A stretch of 64,000 bases of DNA from Geosiphon pyriformis uo1 (GCA_016748015.1 JAAOMT010000570.1:438043-502042); one strand, 5' to 3'. Shown: positions 35,756 to 49,866, counted from the first letter of the stretch. Program-made: numbers and translations. The notes: generated by a model from the sequence alone, not told the origin.

Positions 35756-37929
35756 CAGTACAATCTCTCAAACCAAACCAACTTAATTATTAGTAACTCC
35801 CTTATAAACAAACATAATAATGAATTTGGACAACTATTCTGCCTTAATGGAATTTTTGGATAAAAGACAATACCCACCAGACTACACTTGACAACAAAGA
35901 GAACATTTATGTAAACAATCAAATTTCTATTTAATCTGCCAGAACCAGTTATACAAAAGAAACAGAAAAGATCCTGACTGCCCCCAAAGAGTCATAAGAT
36001 TTAAAGAAAGAGAAATTGTAATCTACAACATGCATACTAATCCATTAGCTGAACATTTTGGAAAAACAAAAACAATCCAGAAAACTTTAACTCGTTACTA
36101 TTGGTCTATCTTGGGAAAAAACATTGCTAAATACATCAAAACCTGTGACATTTGCCAAAAAAGAGGCAAATCCAATTGCAAAAAAGATATTCATCCAATC
36201 TGTGTTGGTTAACTATTTGACAAAATTGGTATAGATGTTATTGAACTTTTAACAATAACTCCTGATGGCAACAGATACATTATTACAGCTACCAACTATC
36301 TTACAAAGTGGGTAGAAGCAAGAGCCACTTCAGACCAAACAGCAGTCTTAATAGCCAATTTCATTTATAAAGATATCATTTACCATTATGGCTGTTCCAA
36401 AGAACTTTTATCTAATAGAGGAAGAGCTTTTCTCAGTACATTGGTTGAAGAACTCTACAGAAAAATAGGAATATGTCATAAACTTTCCTCCTCTTACCAC
36501 CCTCAAACAAATGGCCTAGTAGAATGTTTTAATAGAACACTATATGAAACCTTAGCCAAAACCAGTAAAAAAACAAACCTATGGGACAAAGTACTGCTTT
36601 CAGCCTTGTTTGCTTATAGAACTGTGAATCATGACATAATAAGTTATGAACCTTTTTACCTGCTCTATGAAAAAATAGCAACTCTACTAATAAAAACTGA
36701 TATTGAGACAATACCCTTTGAAGAAATTACAATAGGGAATTACAAAGACATTTTGCAAAGAAGACTTGGTACCATTCTTGACTTTTTGGTAAAAGCACAA
36801 ATAATTGCTTTTGAAAAGATAAAACAGTTTCAAGAAAAGCTTAAGAAAAAGAAAACCTATAAAACACTTTCTTTAAGTGTTGGTAATTTAGTACTAGAAT
36901 ACCGTTGTTACCAGACAAAATTAAAGATAATATTTAGCATAAAATTATTTTTATAAATCTTATTATTAATTAGCATATATTATCATTCATATTATCACTT
37001 ATTATATTAGCAAAATGTCCGAAATTATCATTTAATTAATAACCCAAATTGCACATAACATAAATGTAATTATGATGATTAATTATACAATACCCTAAAC
37101 TATATAACATTCAAAAAGTTCACTGAAATTGGTAGAAATTCACTGAAATAATTGATAGTTCACCGAAATATCTAATAGTTTGCAGAAATAACTTGTAGTT
37201 CGCTGAAATATATCTTTAGTTTAGCAAAATTGTAGAAAAAAGCAAAGTTCAAGTTCATAAAATAGTGTTACAACAAGTTGTATAAAAGAAGAACTTCTCT
37301 CTTCGAGAAAATATATCTTACTTCAGATTTAACAATTAGAATTAACTTTTTACACAAAAACAAAATAAATATCAAATAAATTCGAAAAATCAAATTCTTT
37401 AAATTATTGTACTTGGAAAATTCTCAAAATCCAACTAACGTTTTGGAATTGATTAGCTACCAATTTCAATAAACTGTTAATGACTCCAGGCCTGAATCAA
37501 AAACAATTTTCTTAACAGAATTCAATTTTCTTTTACATTTTTTTTATTTTTTTTATTTTATTTTTTTATCATAATCATTAAGATAATCTACAGATGAGAT
37601 TCCTGTAGAAAAGTTGACTTTCACAGCAAAGTAACTATACATTTTAGTGAGCTTCCAGACGAGCAATTTCTGGGAAAGAGTTGACGTTTACTACAACGTA
37701 ACTACACAAAGCAACTGGCACAGAATTGGCCATTCCACTTATAAGCCCAGCAGTTCAAATTATAGGAGATAATTTGAAGATAAAATTCAGTTATCGGAGG
37801 TTCAAACACTTCTCATAGTCGTGAATTAACAGCATTACAACAAACATACAAAAGCTAAGAAGAGACCAAAAACCTCTGGTAACATTTGGTGCTCTTCCAC
37901 AGAAACAACACAGCAAAAACAACTTCAAA

Positions 37930-40900
37930 GTGGCGACCACACCAGACACAACAACTCTAGAGTATTACCAATTAATTTACACCCACTGCAAGCAAAGATT
38001 CAACATTCCAGACGGAATTGAAGTTGTCAAGAAATCAGTATACCAATACATTGAAAATCACATCAACAATTATCTTTTTGGAAATTACAATATCTCAGAA
38101 GTTAAAAGCAATCTTTACAATAATTTAGTACACTATTCACAGTTGAGAACTGAAGACCTTAACAGTGAAACACTTGCCACTTATTTTCAAGAACTTAATT
38201 TTAACATTATCAAGTACTATGAAGAAACATATCCAGTGCAGTCTTAATACTCTATTGATTTTGAATCAGAGACAGAAACAAGCAACAAAGGCAAACAAAA
38301 ATTGAAGCAATACTCAAAAACCATCCCAAATACTCCAATACTACCAAAAACAACTGCCAAACACTTACAAACACCTAAACAAGGAACCAGTTCAAAACTT
38401 CTACTTACTATTACACCTTTTCCAGCTTCATTTGCACAAGCACAAACACCTAATTCACTCTTAAATTGATTTGCAAGACTAGAAGATTTTACATCACCCA
38501 GAAGTCCCACCAGACAACAAGAATCTCTTCAAACTAGTTCTAATCTCCTTGACTTTCTAGCTGAAAATCGAAGTAAACACTCTGAGACAGCAGCAAACGA
38601 AGAAAACGACTCTGAAATATCTGAAGAAGAATCAATAGACAGTGAAAACAAAGAAGACAAAATAACAGCATACATCGCAAAAATCCCTGAATTTAATGGA
38701 GAAGACATTGAGACCAGTCCTCAAGAATGGCTCAACTAAGTTACTAAAGCTGGAGATGCAAATAGATAGAATGCTGCTAGAATGTTAAGAACAATTCCCT
38801 ACTTTCTCAAAGAAACAGCAGGCAAATGGTTTGAAAACTTGACCACCCCTTTTAATAACTGGACAGCTTTCAAAACTGCCTTCTTAGAACAATTCACCGA
38901 TAACAACACTTCAATCACACTTTGAAATCGTTTTCACAATATCAAACAAGAACCCTCTGAATCTGTCATGACTTATATTGGGAAATTCAACAAACTTTTC
39001 AGATGAATCTGCCAACTTGAAACTAATAATTATTATTCCAATGCTCAAATCTTGGATCAATTTATCACTGGTTTAAAGGATAAACTGATTAAAAAGGTTC
39101 GCCCACATGTCCCAGAAGATTTAAACTCTGTCATTCAGCATGCAAAGAAATATGAAATGGCCATGGAAGAAGCCATTTGTACAAAACTCATAAACTTAGC
39201 CATTGGAGAAACCAGCTCAGCAGCTGAAAAGAAAATTGACCAACTCACAAAGAAAGTTGAAAACTATTTTACCAACCAATAACAACAACAAACCCAAAGA
39301 TATCAACCACCCCAAAGACAGAATCAAAACAACTTCGTATTATTCTCTAATAACCAGCCTCAGAATTGCCATTACTGTGGAATCTCTGGCCACTGGAAAA
39401 GAGATTGCAGAAAGCTACAACGAGACCAACAAAATAGGAGTAATCAACGTTACTCTCCACTACAGCAATTTTATTATCAACTACCATTACCAGCTTACTA
39501 TCCATCAAGACCCCAATACCAAAATAACTATTATCAGCCCACCCTACAACCAATCCAACAGCAATATCAACAATCACCCACACCACATTATCAGGTACCT
39601 GCTTGAAGATTGATTACACAAAATCAATTTACACTACAAAACCGATACCAAGTAAACAACAATAGAATCAGTTCGAACAACCAATTGGTTTCCCAAAATT
39701 CCACTCAACCAAGACCCAACCACTATCACACTCAACCCAGTTATTTAACAATACCTGAAAAACAGAATTTTTATCATACTGCACTTTCGGAAGGTAGAGC
39801 TGCAGCACGACAACAAAACCCTTCCTATATTCTTACCACAATCCCACCAGCCAGAATTGCTGAAAATGCCAATCTTTCAGATATATTCCCTTTTAAATTT
39901 GAAGCAAATAAATCACCATTCTTGCTTAGCAATGCAGTGGCTAATAAGCAAAAAGCCATCATTGCAATATACACAGAAGCTAAAGTAGAAGGAAAGCCAA
40001 TTCGCTTGATCCTAGACAGTAGATCCATTGGAAGCATTATCACATATCAATTGATGCAGCAGCTAAAGAGAAATGTTGACCGACCAGCTCAGACAATCAT
40101 TGTTACTGCCGATGGCATAAAAAAGACTCCAGTAGGAGAGATTGACAACTTCTCATTCACAATTGACAGAATCACCATTCCAGTCAAAGTTCTGGTCATG
40201 GATGCTCCCCAATACCAAGCTCTTGTTGGAAACAATTGGCTCCAAAAAGCCAATGCTAATCTGAATTGGGAGACACAAGAGTTAACAATCTTCTATTAAA
40301 GACAACACGCCCGAGTACCTGCCACTTGTGGTATATTCAACAAATGCTCCGAAAAAGCCCCGGCTTTTGAATTCGAACCAGAAGAAGAAAAACCAATAAT
40401 TGAAACATTCATGGCTCTTGAATCAACATCTAATTGGGCCAAGGAAACTGAACAAGAACATTTTACTTCACACTCTGAACCTGAAACCCCTGGATAGAAT
40501 ATCCCTTACTCAAAGCCTGAACCAAGGAAACAATGCCCCTACATTTCTCTTAAATGTAAGAACTGCCACAAGAAACTATCGTCAATGAGAGCTTGTATTT
40601 TACCTGAGGAAGAATATGAAAGTCATATCTGCTACTACTGCAAGGCCTGCCATTGAAAACAATGAGGCCACTTGATTAAAAGAAGCGGAAAATGGGATAG
40701 AACACCCTGTCTTACTTGTGGAAAGCAGCTTCTTGATGAATGTGACTGGATTGATGTTGTATTTAAAGGAGAAGTCTGCGATCAAACTTGCCAATATGCT
40801 CTTTCTATTGCAAAAAAGGTAAAACGTGGAACACTTTTCAATGCTGCATACAACAGTGCTCTCAGCAAACTCTATCACTATCCCCATGATGCCGAAATGA

Positions 40901-43549
40901 TCTATGAACTTGCCATGGTTTTAATTAATGAAAGAACCAAAGAAAATGTCCTTCAAATGAAGGAAGCTAAATATATTGAATATACATTGGAATTAACTGG
41001 ATTCAATTATGAAGATGAAATAGAAGTATACCACCAAATTGCAAGTTACACCTACCTGACCCAAGAAGCTCAAATTCAATGATTAAAGCAAATGAACATT
41101 AAATTATGTAAGGAGTGTATAATGCCATGTAATGAACAATAGTGTCCTGAATGCTATGCTCTTAGCATTCCATTACTCAGTAAAAATGACGAATATGAAA
41201 TTGAATTTGGTGAACTTGAAGCAACAGAAGAAATTGAAACAACACCCATCTATCTTATTGAAAATCAGCCTGTCTTACAACTCAAATACTTCAACAACAA
41301 TAGACAAGGAATAAAACCCAAAAAAACACATGAAATTGATGCTGGATATGACCTAAGATATCCAGACAAGAATACTCTTATTCTCAAACCCAAATTTTTC
41401 ACAAAAATCAACCTCAAAATTGCTCTCAAAATCCCACCAGAAGCAATGGTTCAAATCACCTCTCGGTCCTCTCTGACAAGCAAAGGAATCAATTTTAGAG
41501 GAGGAATAATTGATGCTGGATATACTGGTAACATAACAGTAATACTCCAAAATGAAACTGACAAGCCATTTAAAATTGAACATGCCGAAAAAATTGCCCA
41601 AGCCATTTATTTACTCTTAATTAACATTTCAGGTTTACAATTAGTCAATCAAAGAGAACTATTGGGAAAAAATGAAAGAAGAACTCAAGGTTTTGGTTCA
41701 ACTAGATGATTCACAGTTCCAGTAAACATAGCTCTTAATAAACAAAATGAATCTCACTAGATTCTACGACTTCCACAACCAATTATTATTTCATTCTTTG
41801 GAAAATATCCGGAAATCTACATCTGCTGAAAGCCAACAACCACACAACAAATTTTTGAATCCAATAAACAAGTCTGCTTGGAACATAATATCTCAATCCC
41901 AAACATTTATATTCCAGAAAAAACAAAGAAAGTTCGAGTTACTTTTTACAATTCCAACAATTATCCCATAGTTTTATTAAATAACTTAGAAATTGAAATC
42001 ATTTACAGTAACATCTTTTAACAAGAATTACCCCAAACAGTTCCTGATTTCTCTGAAATTATTGAACATTCACTACCAAAAATCAACCCAAACCCCAGCT
42101 CTGAAAACTACCATGTTGTCATGGAAAAACCATCTCAAATCAACATGGGACAACTTGAACCACAACAACAAAACCAGCTCAAAGAGCTAATTGCAGAATT
42201 TGCTGATATTTTTGCTGAAAACAACAATGACTTAGGAAGAACTGATTTGGTTCAACACCAAATCTATACAGGAGATGCCAAACCAAGATGACAGCAAGCC
42301 TACCGAGTTGCTTCAGAAAGCCACAAATTTATCCACAAAGAAGTACAATGGATGCTCAACAATGGGCTTATCCAACCATTAATAAGTCCATGGGCCTCAC
42401 TTGTAGTCTTAGTTAAAAAGAAAAATGGAAAGATACAATTTTGTGTTGATTATCAACAACTCAACAGTGTCACCATTGGAGATGTCTATTCCCTTCCCCG
42501 AATTGATAATATATTGAATGCCCTTGGAAAGGCCAAATATTTTTCAATATTAGATCTAGAAAGTGAATACTGGCAAGTTGCCATGAACCCCAAAGATTGT
42601 CCCAAAACAGCATTCACCACTCAAGAAAGAAATTACAAGTTCAACATAATGCTTTTTGGATTATGCAATATACCAGCAACATTCCAAAGACTCATGGATG
42701 TTGTTTACAAAGGCCTCCTTTGGAAATCAGTAGTCGTCTATCTCAATAATACTGATGTTTATTCACCATCTTTTGAATTATACTTAAAACACCTGTGAGA
42801 AGTTTTTCAATAATTACGAAAAGCAGGATTAAAACTGAACATCGAAAAATGCTACTTCGGAAAAACAAGTTTGGCCTTTCTTGACCACATTATGAGCAAA
42901 GATAGAATTAAACCAGACCCCAGAAAAATCAGCACTGTCAAGAACTTCAAGACCCCATGAAATACCACAGAATTGAGAGGGATTTATTGGATTAGCATCT
43001 TATTACCAAAAATTCATCAAAGGATTCTCAGAAATCACAAAACCCTTCAACCAGCTCACTACTAAAAATGTCAAATACAAATGGACAAAAAAACACCAAA
43101 AAGCTTTTGAAATTCTTAAGGAAAAGCTGACAACAGCTCCAATTCTCACCTACTCAGACTTCAGTAACCAATTTCGACTAGCTACAAACACTTCTTACAC
43201 TGCCTTTGGTGCTATTTTATCACAATTAAATGACAACAGAAATGAGCAAGTAATTACTTATGCTAGCAGAACATTAAAACCAGCTGAGAAAAACTACTCT
43301 GCCACAGAACTAGAAACAGCAGCAGTAATCTGGGTCTTATATCACTTCAACTTTTACCTCAGATCCAAAGAATTTGATATTATCACTGATAATATTAGAC
43401 TCAAATGGCTTCAGAACAAAAACACCCAGCTAAATACAAAACAAATCTGATGGACAGGATTTTTAGCCAACTACCAATATATTGTACATCACAAATCAGG
43501 AAAACTCCATACCAATGTTGATTGTCTCTCAAAAATGAGGCAAGATTAG
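37930..43549 (+). pseudogene. C gag-protease-(Cys-rich domain)-dUTPase-RT-RNase H (degenerate)
   Basis: CHYCGISGHWKRDC knuckle, LILDSRS protease, RT VYLNN, RNase H YASRTL; stop at 43547-43549. Confidence 0.9.
41310..41706 (+). pseudogene. C dUTPase domain
   Basis: DAGYDL, SRSSL, GGIIDAGYTGNI, KIAQAI and ERRTQGFGST: all five trimeric-dUTPase motifs in order. Confidence 0.93.
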
Positions 43550-43595
43550 AATACAAAACCAACATCCATTTGAATTAACAACAAAACAACAAACA

Positions 43596-44981
43596 ATGAA
43601 CCCCGAAAACTACAACAATCTTAAACAATATTTGGAGACATTAACAATCCCAACAGATTGGTTCCCAGATGAAAAACATCAGTTACAACAACAAGCCAAA
43701 TAATACTTCTTACACAACAACATTATTTATTATTGAAACTTTAGAAACTCAGACAATTCACTCAGATTAATACAAGAACATGAAAAAGAAACCATTTTAT
43801 ATAACATGTACTTAGACCTTTCATCAGCATATTTAGGAAAAGACAGCACCACTCAGAGAACACTAGAATATTACTTTTGGCCTCGAATGAGAAAAAACAT
43901 TCATGAATACATTAAATCTTGTGATAGTTGTCAAAGAAGAGAAGGAACTCACCCTACAGAATCTTTAAACCCAATCAAAGTTGAACAGCCTTTTGACCGA
44001 GTTGGTATTGATTTAGTCAGACCACTACTTATCACAAACCAAGGAAACCATTATATTGCAGTAGCTGTAGACTATTTCACTAAATGGCCTGAAGCCAGAG
44101 CCATTCAACGAGCAGATGCAAAATCAGTAGCAAATTTCATCTATGAAGACATTATCTGTAGACACAGATGTCCAATCGAACTTTTATCTGATCAAGAAAC
44201 ACATTTCGTGAACAATCTAATTCAAGAAATCTGTGAACAATTCAATGTCAAAAGACCTCTGTCTTTGCCCTATCATCCATAAACAAACAGACTTGTAGAA
44301 CATTTTAACAGAACATTGTGTGAGTCATTAGCCAAAGTCTCAACCAATTTTGAGCAAGAATAGGATATCTTTATTCCATCAGTGTTACTAGCATACAGAA
44401 CACTAAAACAAAATACCACAAAACACACATCATTTGATTTAACTTACGGAAAAACAGCAACATTACCAATTAGTTTCACAATGGAAACATACCCAGCACA
44501 ACCAATTAATAAAAACAATTTCCAGGAAACACTTCAATGAAGAGCTTACACTCTGCTTAGCACGTTAGAAAAAAAATGACAAATAGCAGCCACCTATATT
44601 AAACACTTCCAAGCTCAACAAAAAAAATGGCATGACAATAAATTGCCTTCAGTTATCAATGGATTTAAAATTGGAAACAAAGTTTTCTTACACAGAACTA
44701 AAGCTGAAAAACAATGGAGTGGGAAATTTGAAAATAAATAAAATAGACCATTCTTTATCCATGAAGTTCTAGGCAATGGATCATACAAGCTAAGACTTGA
44801 TAACAAAATTCTAGCAAAAGTTGCACATGGAGATTGTTTGAAACACTATAATTCAAGAAACAATCCTGAACTATTAAATTCACAAATTGGTACACATTCT
44901 CTTTTAATCAATTCCAAAGATATTTCCCAAAATTTAGAACCAATAATTGTTATTAAACAACCTCCCAACTTGAACACTTAA
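43596..44981 (+). pseudogene. C integrase, separate ORF
   Basis: ATG 43596. CDSC, PFDRVGIDLV, LLSDQ and decayed GPF...LGNGSYKL. Confidence 0.9.
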
Positions 44982-45103
44982 CTTAAATTTATTATTATAG
45001 TTATCTCTTTATAATTTAAAAACAACCTCACAAAAACAAAGCAAAAATAACATATAAACACATATGCCAAAAATAATTTTCTTTTATTTTTAAATCTTTT
45101 ATA

Positions 45104-45823
45104 ATGACTATTCCTCAAAACATTCAACAATTATCCCAAAAACTAATATTAGCTTTAAAAACAATACCCGAATTATCTATTACTGTCACTAGAAACCATA
45201 TTAATTATACCCAAACAAAAGTAGTTACAAATTTAGCCCCAAATTCATGAAAATATCACCCATATAAGAAGAACATAAGAAGTTATTCTGGAATTCACCT
45301 GCCAGAATTTTTAAAGCTTGCTTTAAGAGAAAACTTAATGCTCACTTCTATTAGTATTCTACCAAATACTACTATTTAACAAAAACTTCAACTGTGTCTT
45401 AACGAAGAAAACTATGACTATACTTCAATATATAGATATTTCTACATTGGAAAAACACTTCATGAATGAAAACAAGAGCTTACAGCAGCAAAACTTACAA
45501 AAAAAGCTATTCGGAAACAACTCCACAATGAATTCAAGACAACAGCTGGACCTACAAACAGTCATTATAAACTAAGAACTGCTTTTAGACTTTATGACCT
45601 ATTTCACACCTGTGAAAACGTCCTACAAAACCCAATTTTACAACCTTTGAAGATTCAATACATTGGAAAGCTCACAGAACTGAAATTTCAACAATTTTCA
45701 GACCAAATTTCTTCAATAATTTTGGATTATTATCTGGAAATTACAGACAGTACTTGGACTTTGATGGAGCTCAGTCTTGAAGAGAAGGTTATGTTACCAG
45801 ACAAAATTAGAGATAATATTTAG
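45104..45823 (+). pseudogene. C ORF3 (~239 codons, three in-frame stops; missed by the ORF track)
   Basis: MTIPQNIQQLSQKL...YFYIGKTL...AFRLYDLF...YIGKLTELKFQQF, reading into the 3' LTR. Confidence 0.72.
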
Positions 45824-48396
45824 CATAAAATTATTTTTATAAATCTTATCATTAATTAGCATATATTATCATTCATATTATCACTTATTATATTAACAAA
45901 ATGTCCAAAATTATCATTTAATTAATAATTCAAATTGCACATAACATAAATGTAATTGTGATGATCAATCATGCAATACCCCGAACTATGTAACATTCAA
46001 AAAGTTTGCCGAAATTAGTAGAAATTTGCCAAAATAATTGATAGTTCACCAAAATATCTAATAGTTTGTAGAAATAACTTGTAGTTCACCGAAATATATC
46101 TTTAGTTCAGCAAAATTGTAGAAAAGAGCAAAGTTCAAGTTCATAAAATAGTGTTATAACAAGTTATATAAAAGAAAAGCTTCTCTTTTCGAAAAAATGT
46201 ATTTTACTTCAGATTTAACAATTAAAATCACTCTTTTACACAAAAACAAAATAAATATCAAATAAATTCGAAAAATCAAATTCTTTAAATTATTGTACTT
46301 GGAAAATTCTCAAAACCCAACTAACATTTTGGAATTGATTAGTTACCAATTTCAATAAACTGTTAATGACTTCAGGCCTGAATCGAAAACAATTTTCTTA
46401 ACAGAATTCAATTTTCTTTTACATTTTTTTTATTTTTTTTATTTTATTTTCTTATCATAATCATTAGGATAACCTACAGACAAGATTCCTGTAGAAGAGT
46501 TAACTTTCACAGCAAAGTAACTATACATTTTTAGTGAGCTTCCAGACAAGCAATTTCTGGGAAAGAGTTGACGTTTACTACAATGTAACTACACAAAGCA
46601 ATGGCATGGAATTGGCCATTTCACTTATAAGCCCAGCAGTTCAAATTATAGGAAATAATTTGAAGATAAAATTCAGTTATCAGAGGTTCAAACACTTCCC
46701 ATAGTCATGAATTAACAGCATTACAACAAACATACAAGAGCTAAAAAGAGACCAAAAACCTCTGGTAACACCATTTAGACAGAGACAATGTTTATGATGA
46801 TAAATTTTCTAGCCAGTAGAAAGGACTTTTTATAGTCAACAAAGTTTTGAACAATGGTTTTTATATTCTTCAAGATCAATTCAGAACAACCTTCAATAAT
46901 CGTTCTGTTTATGGTACATGACTTAAAAAATATCATAAACAACCTGATTGGTTGCCTGTTGTAGTAATACCAACTCAAATAATCAGCAAAAATCAAGTAT
47001 AAATAAATGCATCATTCCCAAAACAGAGATATCTTAATTGACATGAACAATTATTTTCTGGATTAAAACATTCAAAATGTTTTCTATACTATTCATGAGT
47101 ATTGGATCAAAAACTATTCAAATGCTACTCTAACTATTGGAAAACAAACCACCATAACTGATAACAATGGAACACATACTGTTATCAAACCAAAAAAAAT
47201 TACTACCAGAAGAGAAAGAATTGGTAGCAAAATGGATAAGTATCTGCTAGAAAGCATAACAGCAACAATACTTGTATCTTCTATCACAATTGGAAAAATG
47301 ATTAAGGAAATCTTGTTCATAAACAAAAACTTGTCATATGGAAGACAACTAAAACTCTATGGTTGTCTTAGTGAAATCATAGAAGACATAAAGCTCATGA
47401 AGAAAACAACTTCTGAGATACAAGTGGAAATTTTGAGCATTATATGATTAGATGTTCCAAGAGTTTTGACCATTGCAAGAAGAGCCAAAATTTTTATACA
47501 AAGATTTGGTCTTTTGGATATAAAGCTCATTTTGCCTTAAGTACTATACACCTTATCCACAAAAAACTTTAACAAACTAGTTAGCTTTGAGTTAGATAAA
47601 ACCCTTCCAATAGATTACATCATAAATAGCTTGATTTTGCCAGAGCTTAATCTCTTTGGAAAGAATGATGTTATGGTTGAAACTTATACTTTTTATTAAT
47701 TACCATATGTATTAGCCACTGATGTCACATAAATTAGCCACTCTATTTTTAGAAAGTGATCAATGACCTGACTATTGACCTGACCATTGACCTGATCATT
47801 GACCTGATCATTGACCTAATTATTGACCTGATTATTGACCTAGTTATTGATCTGATCATTGACTACTTTTGACAACTATATAAGCAATGAATTTCTTAGC
47901 TGCAGAAAAGCATAAAAAAATCAAGAAAATCAATTAAATAAAATAACAACTTCCATCTCAATCTCTCTCTTATTGCTAATTTTTCTTTCTCTACTTTCAA
48001 GTATCTGAAAATCTTAAAGATAAAAGATTATTTGTTGGTTATTTTCTATCTTTTTCTTGAAACGTGTAATTGCAGCATTTAAAAATTATTGAATAAAACA
48101 TAACTGAAGAGTACATCTAATACCTGATATTGAATTCTAAGAGCGCCAACATAAGGCATAGAATTATACCAGGCATGATCATTTGTTAACAGTACAGATT
48201 ATCCCTTTACCTTTAGATTCCCTAGTTACTTTTTGAAAAGCATAGCGACTGAAATATTTTATGAAACTGATTTCACACATTGAATTTATACTTATTTAAT
48301 TCATTCTTTGAAGTTGAATTCTCTTTGATTCCTTTCATCACTCTACAATTCTGTTCTTCCTTGCTATCTATTAGCTTGTTACTTCAACCTGTAATA

Positions 48397-49368
48397 TTAT
48401 TATATAAAAAACAATTAAAACTTTATAGTTATTTTGGTAAAATTATAAAAAGCATAAAGCTCTTAAAAAAACATTTTCAAAAATACAAGTAGAAATTTTA
48501 AATATTATATAATTAAATATTATAAAAGTTTTAATCATTGTCAAAAAAACCAAAATTTTTATATACAAATTTAATTTCTTAAATATAAAGCTTATTTTGT
48601 TTTAAATTTTATATATTTTATTAACAAAAAACTTTACCAAACTAAGTAGTTTTAAATTAAATAAAACTTTTTAAATAAAATATTTTATAAATTGTTTAGT
48701 TTTACTAAGCTTAATTTCTTTAAAAAAAATAATATTATAGTTAAAAATTATAGTTTTTATTAATTATTATATATATTAGTTACTAATATTATATAATTAA
48801 TAATTTAATTATTATTTAGTTATTAATTTGATTATTACTCATTTTAAATAGTTATATAAGCAATGTATTTTTTAATTATAAAAAAACATATTCTAATATA
48901 CAAGATATATATAAATCAAAATAATAAAAATTATTTTTAAAATATTTAATTCTTTTCAATTTGCTTAAAATTTTTCCAATTTTTTTAAGTATTTGATCAT
49001 TTTTGTAATAAAAAATTACTTGTTAGTATTTACTTATAATTATTAATATTAAAAATTGTTAAATAAATATTATTAAAAAATATAATCAATACTTAATATT
49101 AAATTTTAAGAGCACTAATATAAAACATAAAATTATACTAATGTATTATTTTTTGTTAATAATATAAATTATTCTTTTATTTTCAGATTTTTTTGTTATT
49201 TTTTGGAAAAAATAATAATTAAGATATTTATAAAATTGATTATATATATTAAATTCATACCAATTTATTTTTGTTCTTTGAAATTAACTTCTTCTTTAAT
49301 TAATTTTTTTGATCATATAATCTTGTTTTATCTTGCTATTTATTAACTTATTACTTTAATTTATAATA
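48397..49368 (+). mobile_element. Extremely AT-decayed family A relic (ORF3 3' part plus LTR ~48733-49368)
   Basis: Aligns to 2808-3835 with nearly all C and G converted to T and A. Confidence 0.8.
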
Positions 49369-49866
49369 ATATTAAGAAAAAAGCTGGTTGTTATTAAAAA
49401 AATCTTAATTTAAAAACCATAAAAAAGTTTAACATAATAATAATAAATACAAGTAACTATTGTTTTTTGGATTTTTGGTCTTTTTAACTATTTGCAAATT
49501 AATAATAGTAATAATAATAATAACAGAAAAGACCAACTTGTTAACTGGTCTATTATTAGATATTTTAAGGCTTAAAAAAGATAAAAATAACATTAAAACT
49601 AATTTTGGTGTGTCTCTTAAAAGAAACTTTAACTAAAAAAAAACCACCAGCCAAAAATAAAAAATATGTTTTAAAAAATATCAAAAGCAGCTTTACAATA
49701 TCAATATTTAAAGAAAATGCTTTCAAGACATTTTGTCTAACTGTTTTTACAACAGAAAAATCTCTCTTGTTAAAACTTTATTAATTACTATAGAGAAAAT
49801 AATGTTTGAAACTTTTTTACTTTTTGCACTGGTTGTGATCATAAAATTAAGAAAGAGTTTTTTGTC
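49369..49866 (-). mobile_element. Decayed 5' fragment of an L-a-type retroposon
   Basis: Reverse-complement match to ~7420-7950 (e.g. AAAGACCAACTTGTT.ACTGGTCT), reaching about the same 5' end. Confidence 0.75.

Larger units (their letters stand above)
36906..46770 (+). mobile_element. Ty3/Gypsy family C, full length, dUTPase-bearing
   Basis: 979-bp LTRs at 36906-37884 and 45792-46770 (TGTTACCAGA...TCTGGTAACA); TSD CCGT/CCAT; PBS TGGTGCTCTTCC at 37887. Confidence 0.96.
30742..48396 (+). mobile_element. Family A copy A4, full length, interrupted by Gypsy C in the integrase C-terminus
   Basis: 728-bp LTRs at 30742-31469 and 47669-48396. gag 31522-33059, PR-RT-RH 33068-35755, IN 35820-36905 plus 46771-~46945, ORF3 47043-47699. 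Confidence 0.94.

Noticed and set aside
44820-44981. Possible chromodomain at the integrase C-terminus
   Set aside because: Integrases end shortly after the GPF/SH3-like module; C has only a short low-complexity tail without chromodomain aromatic-cage motifs.
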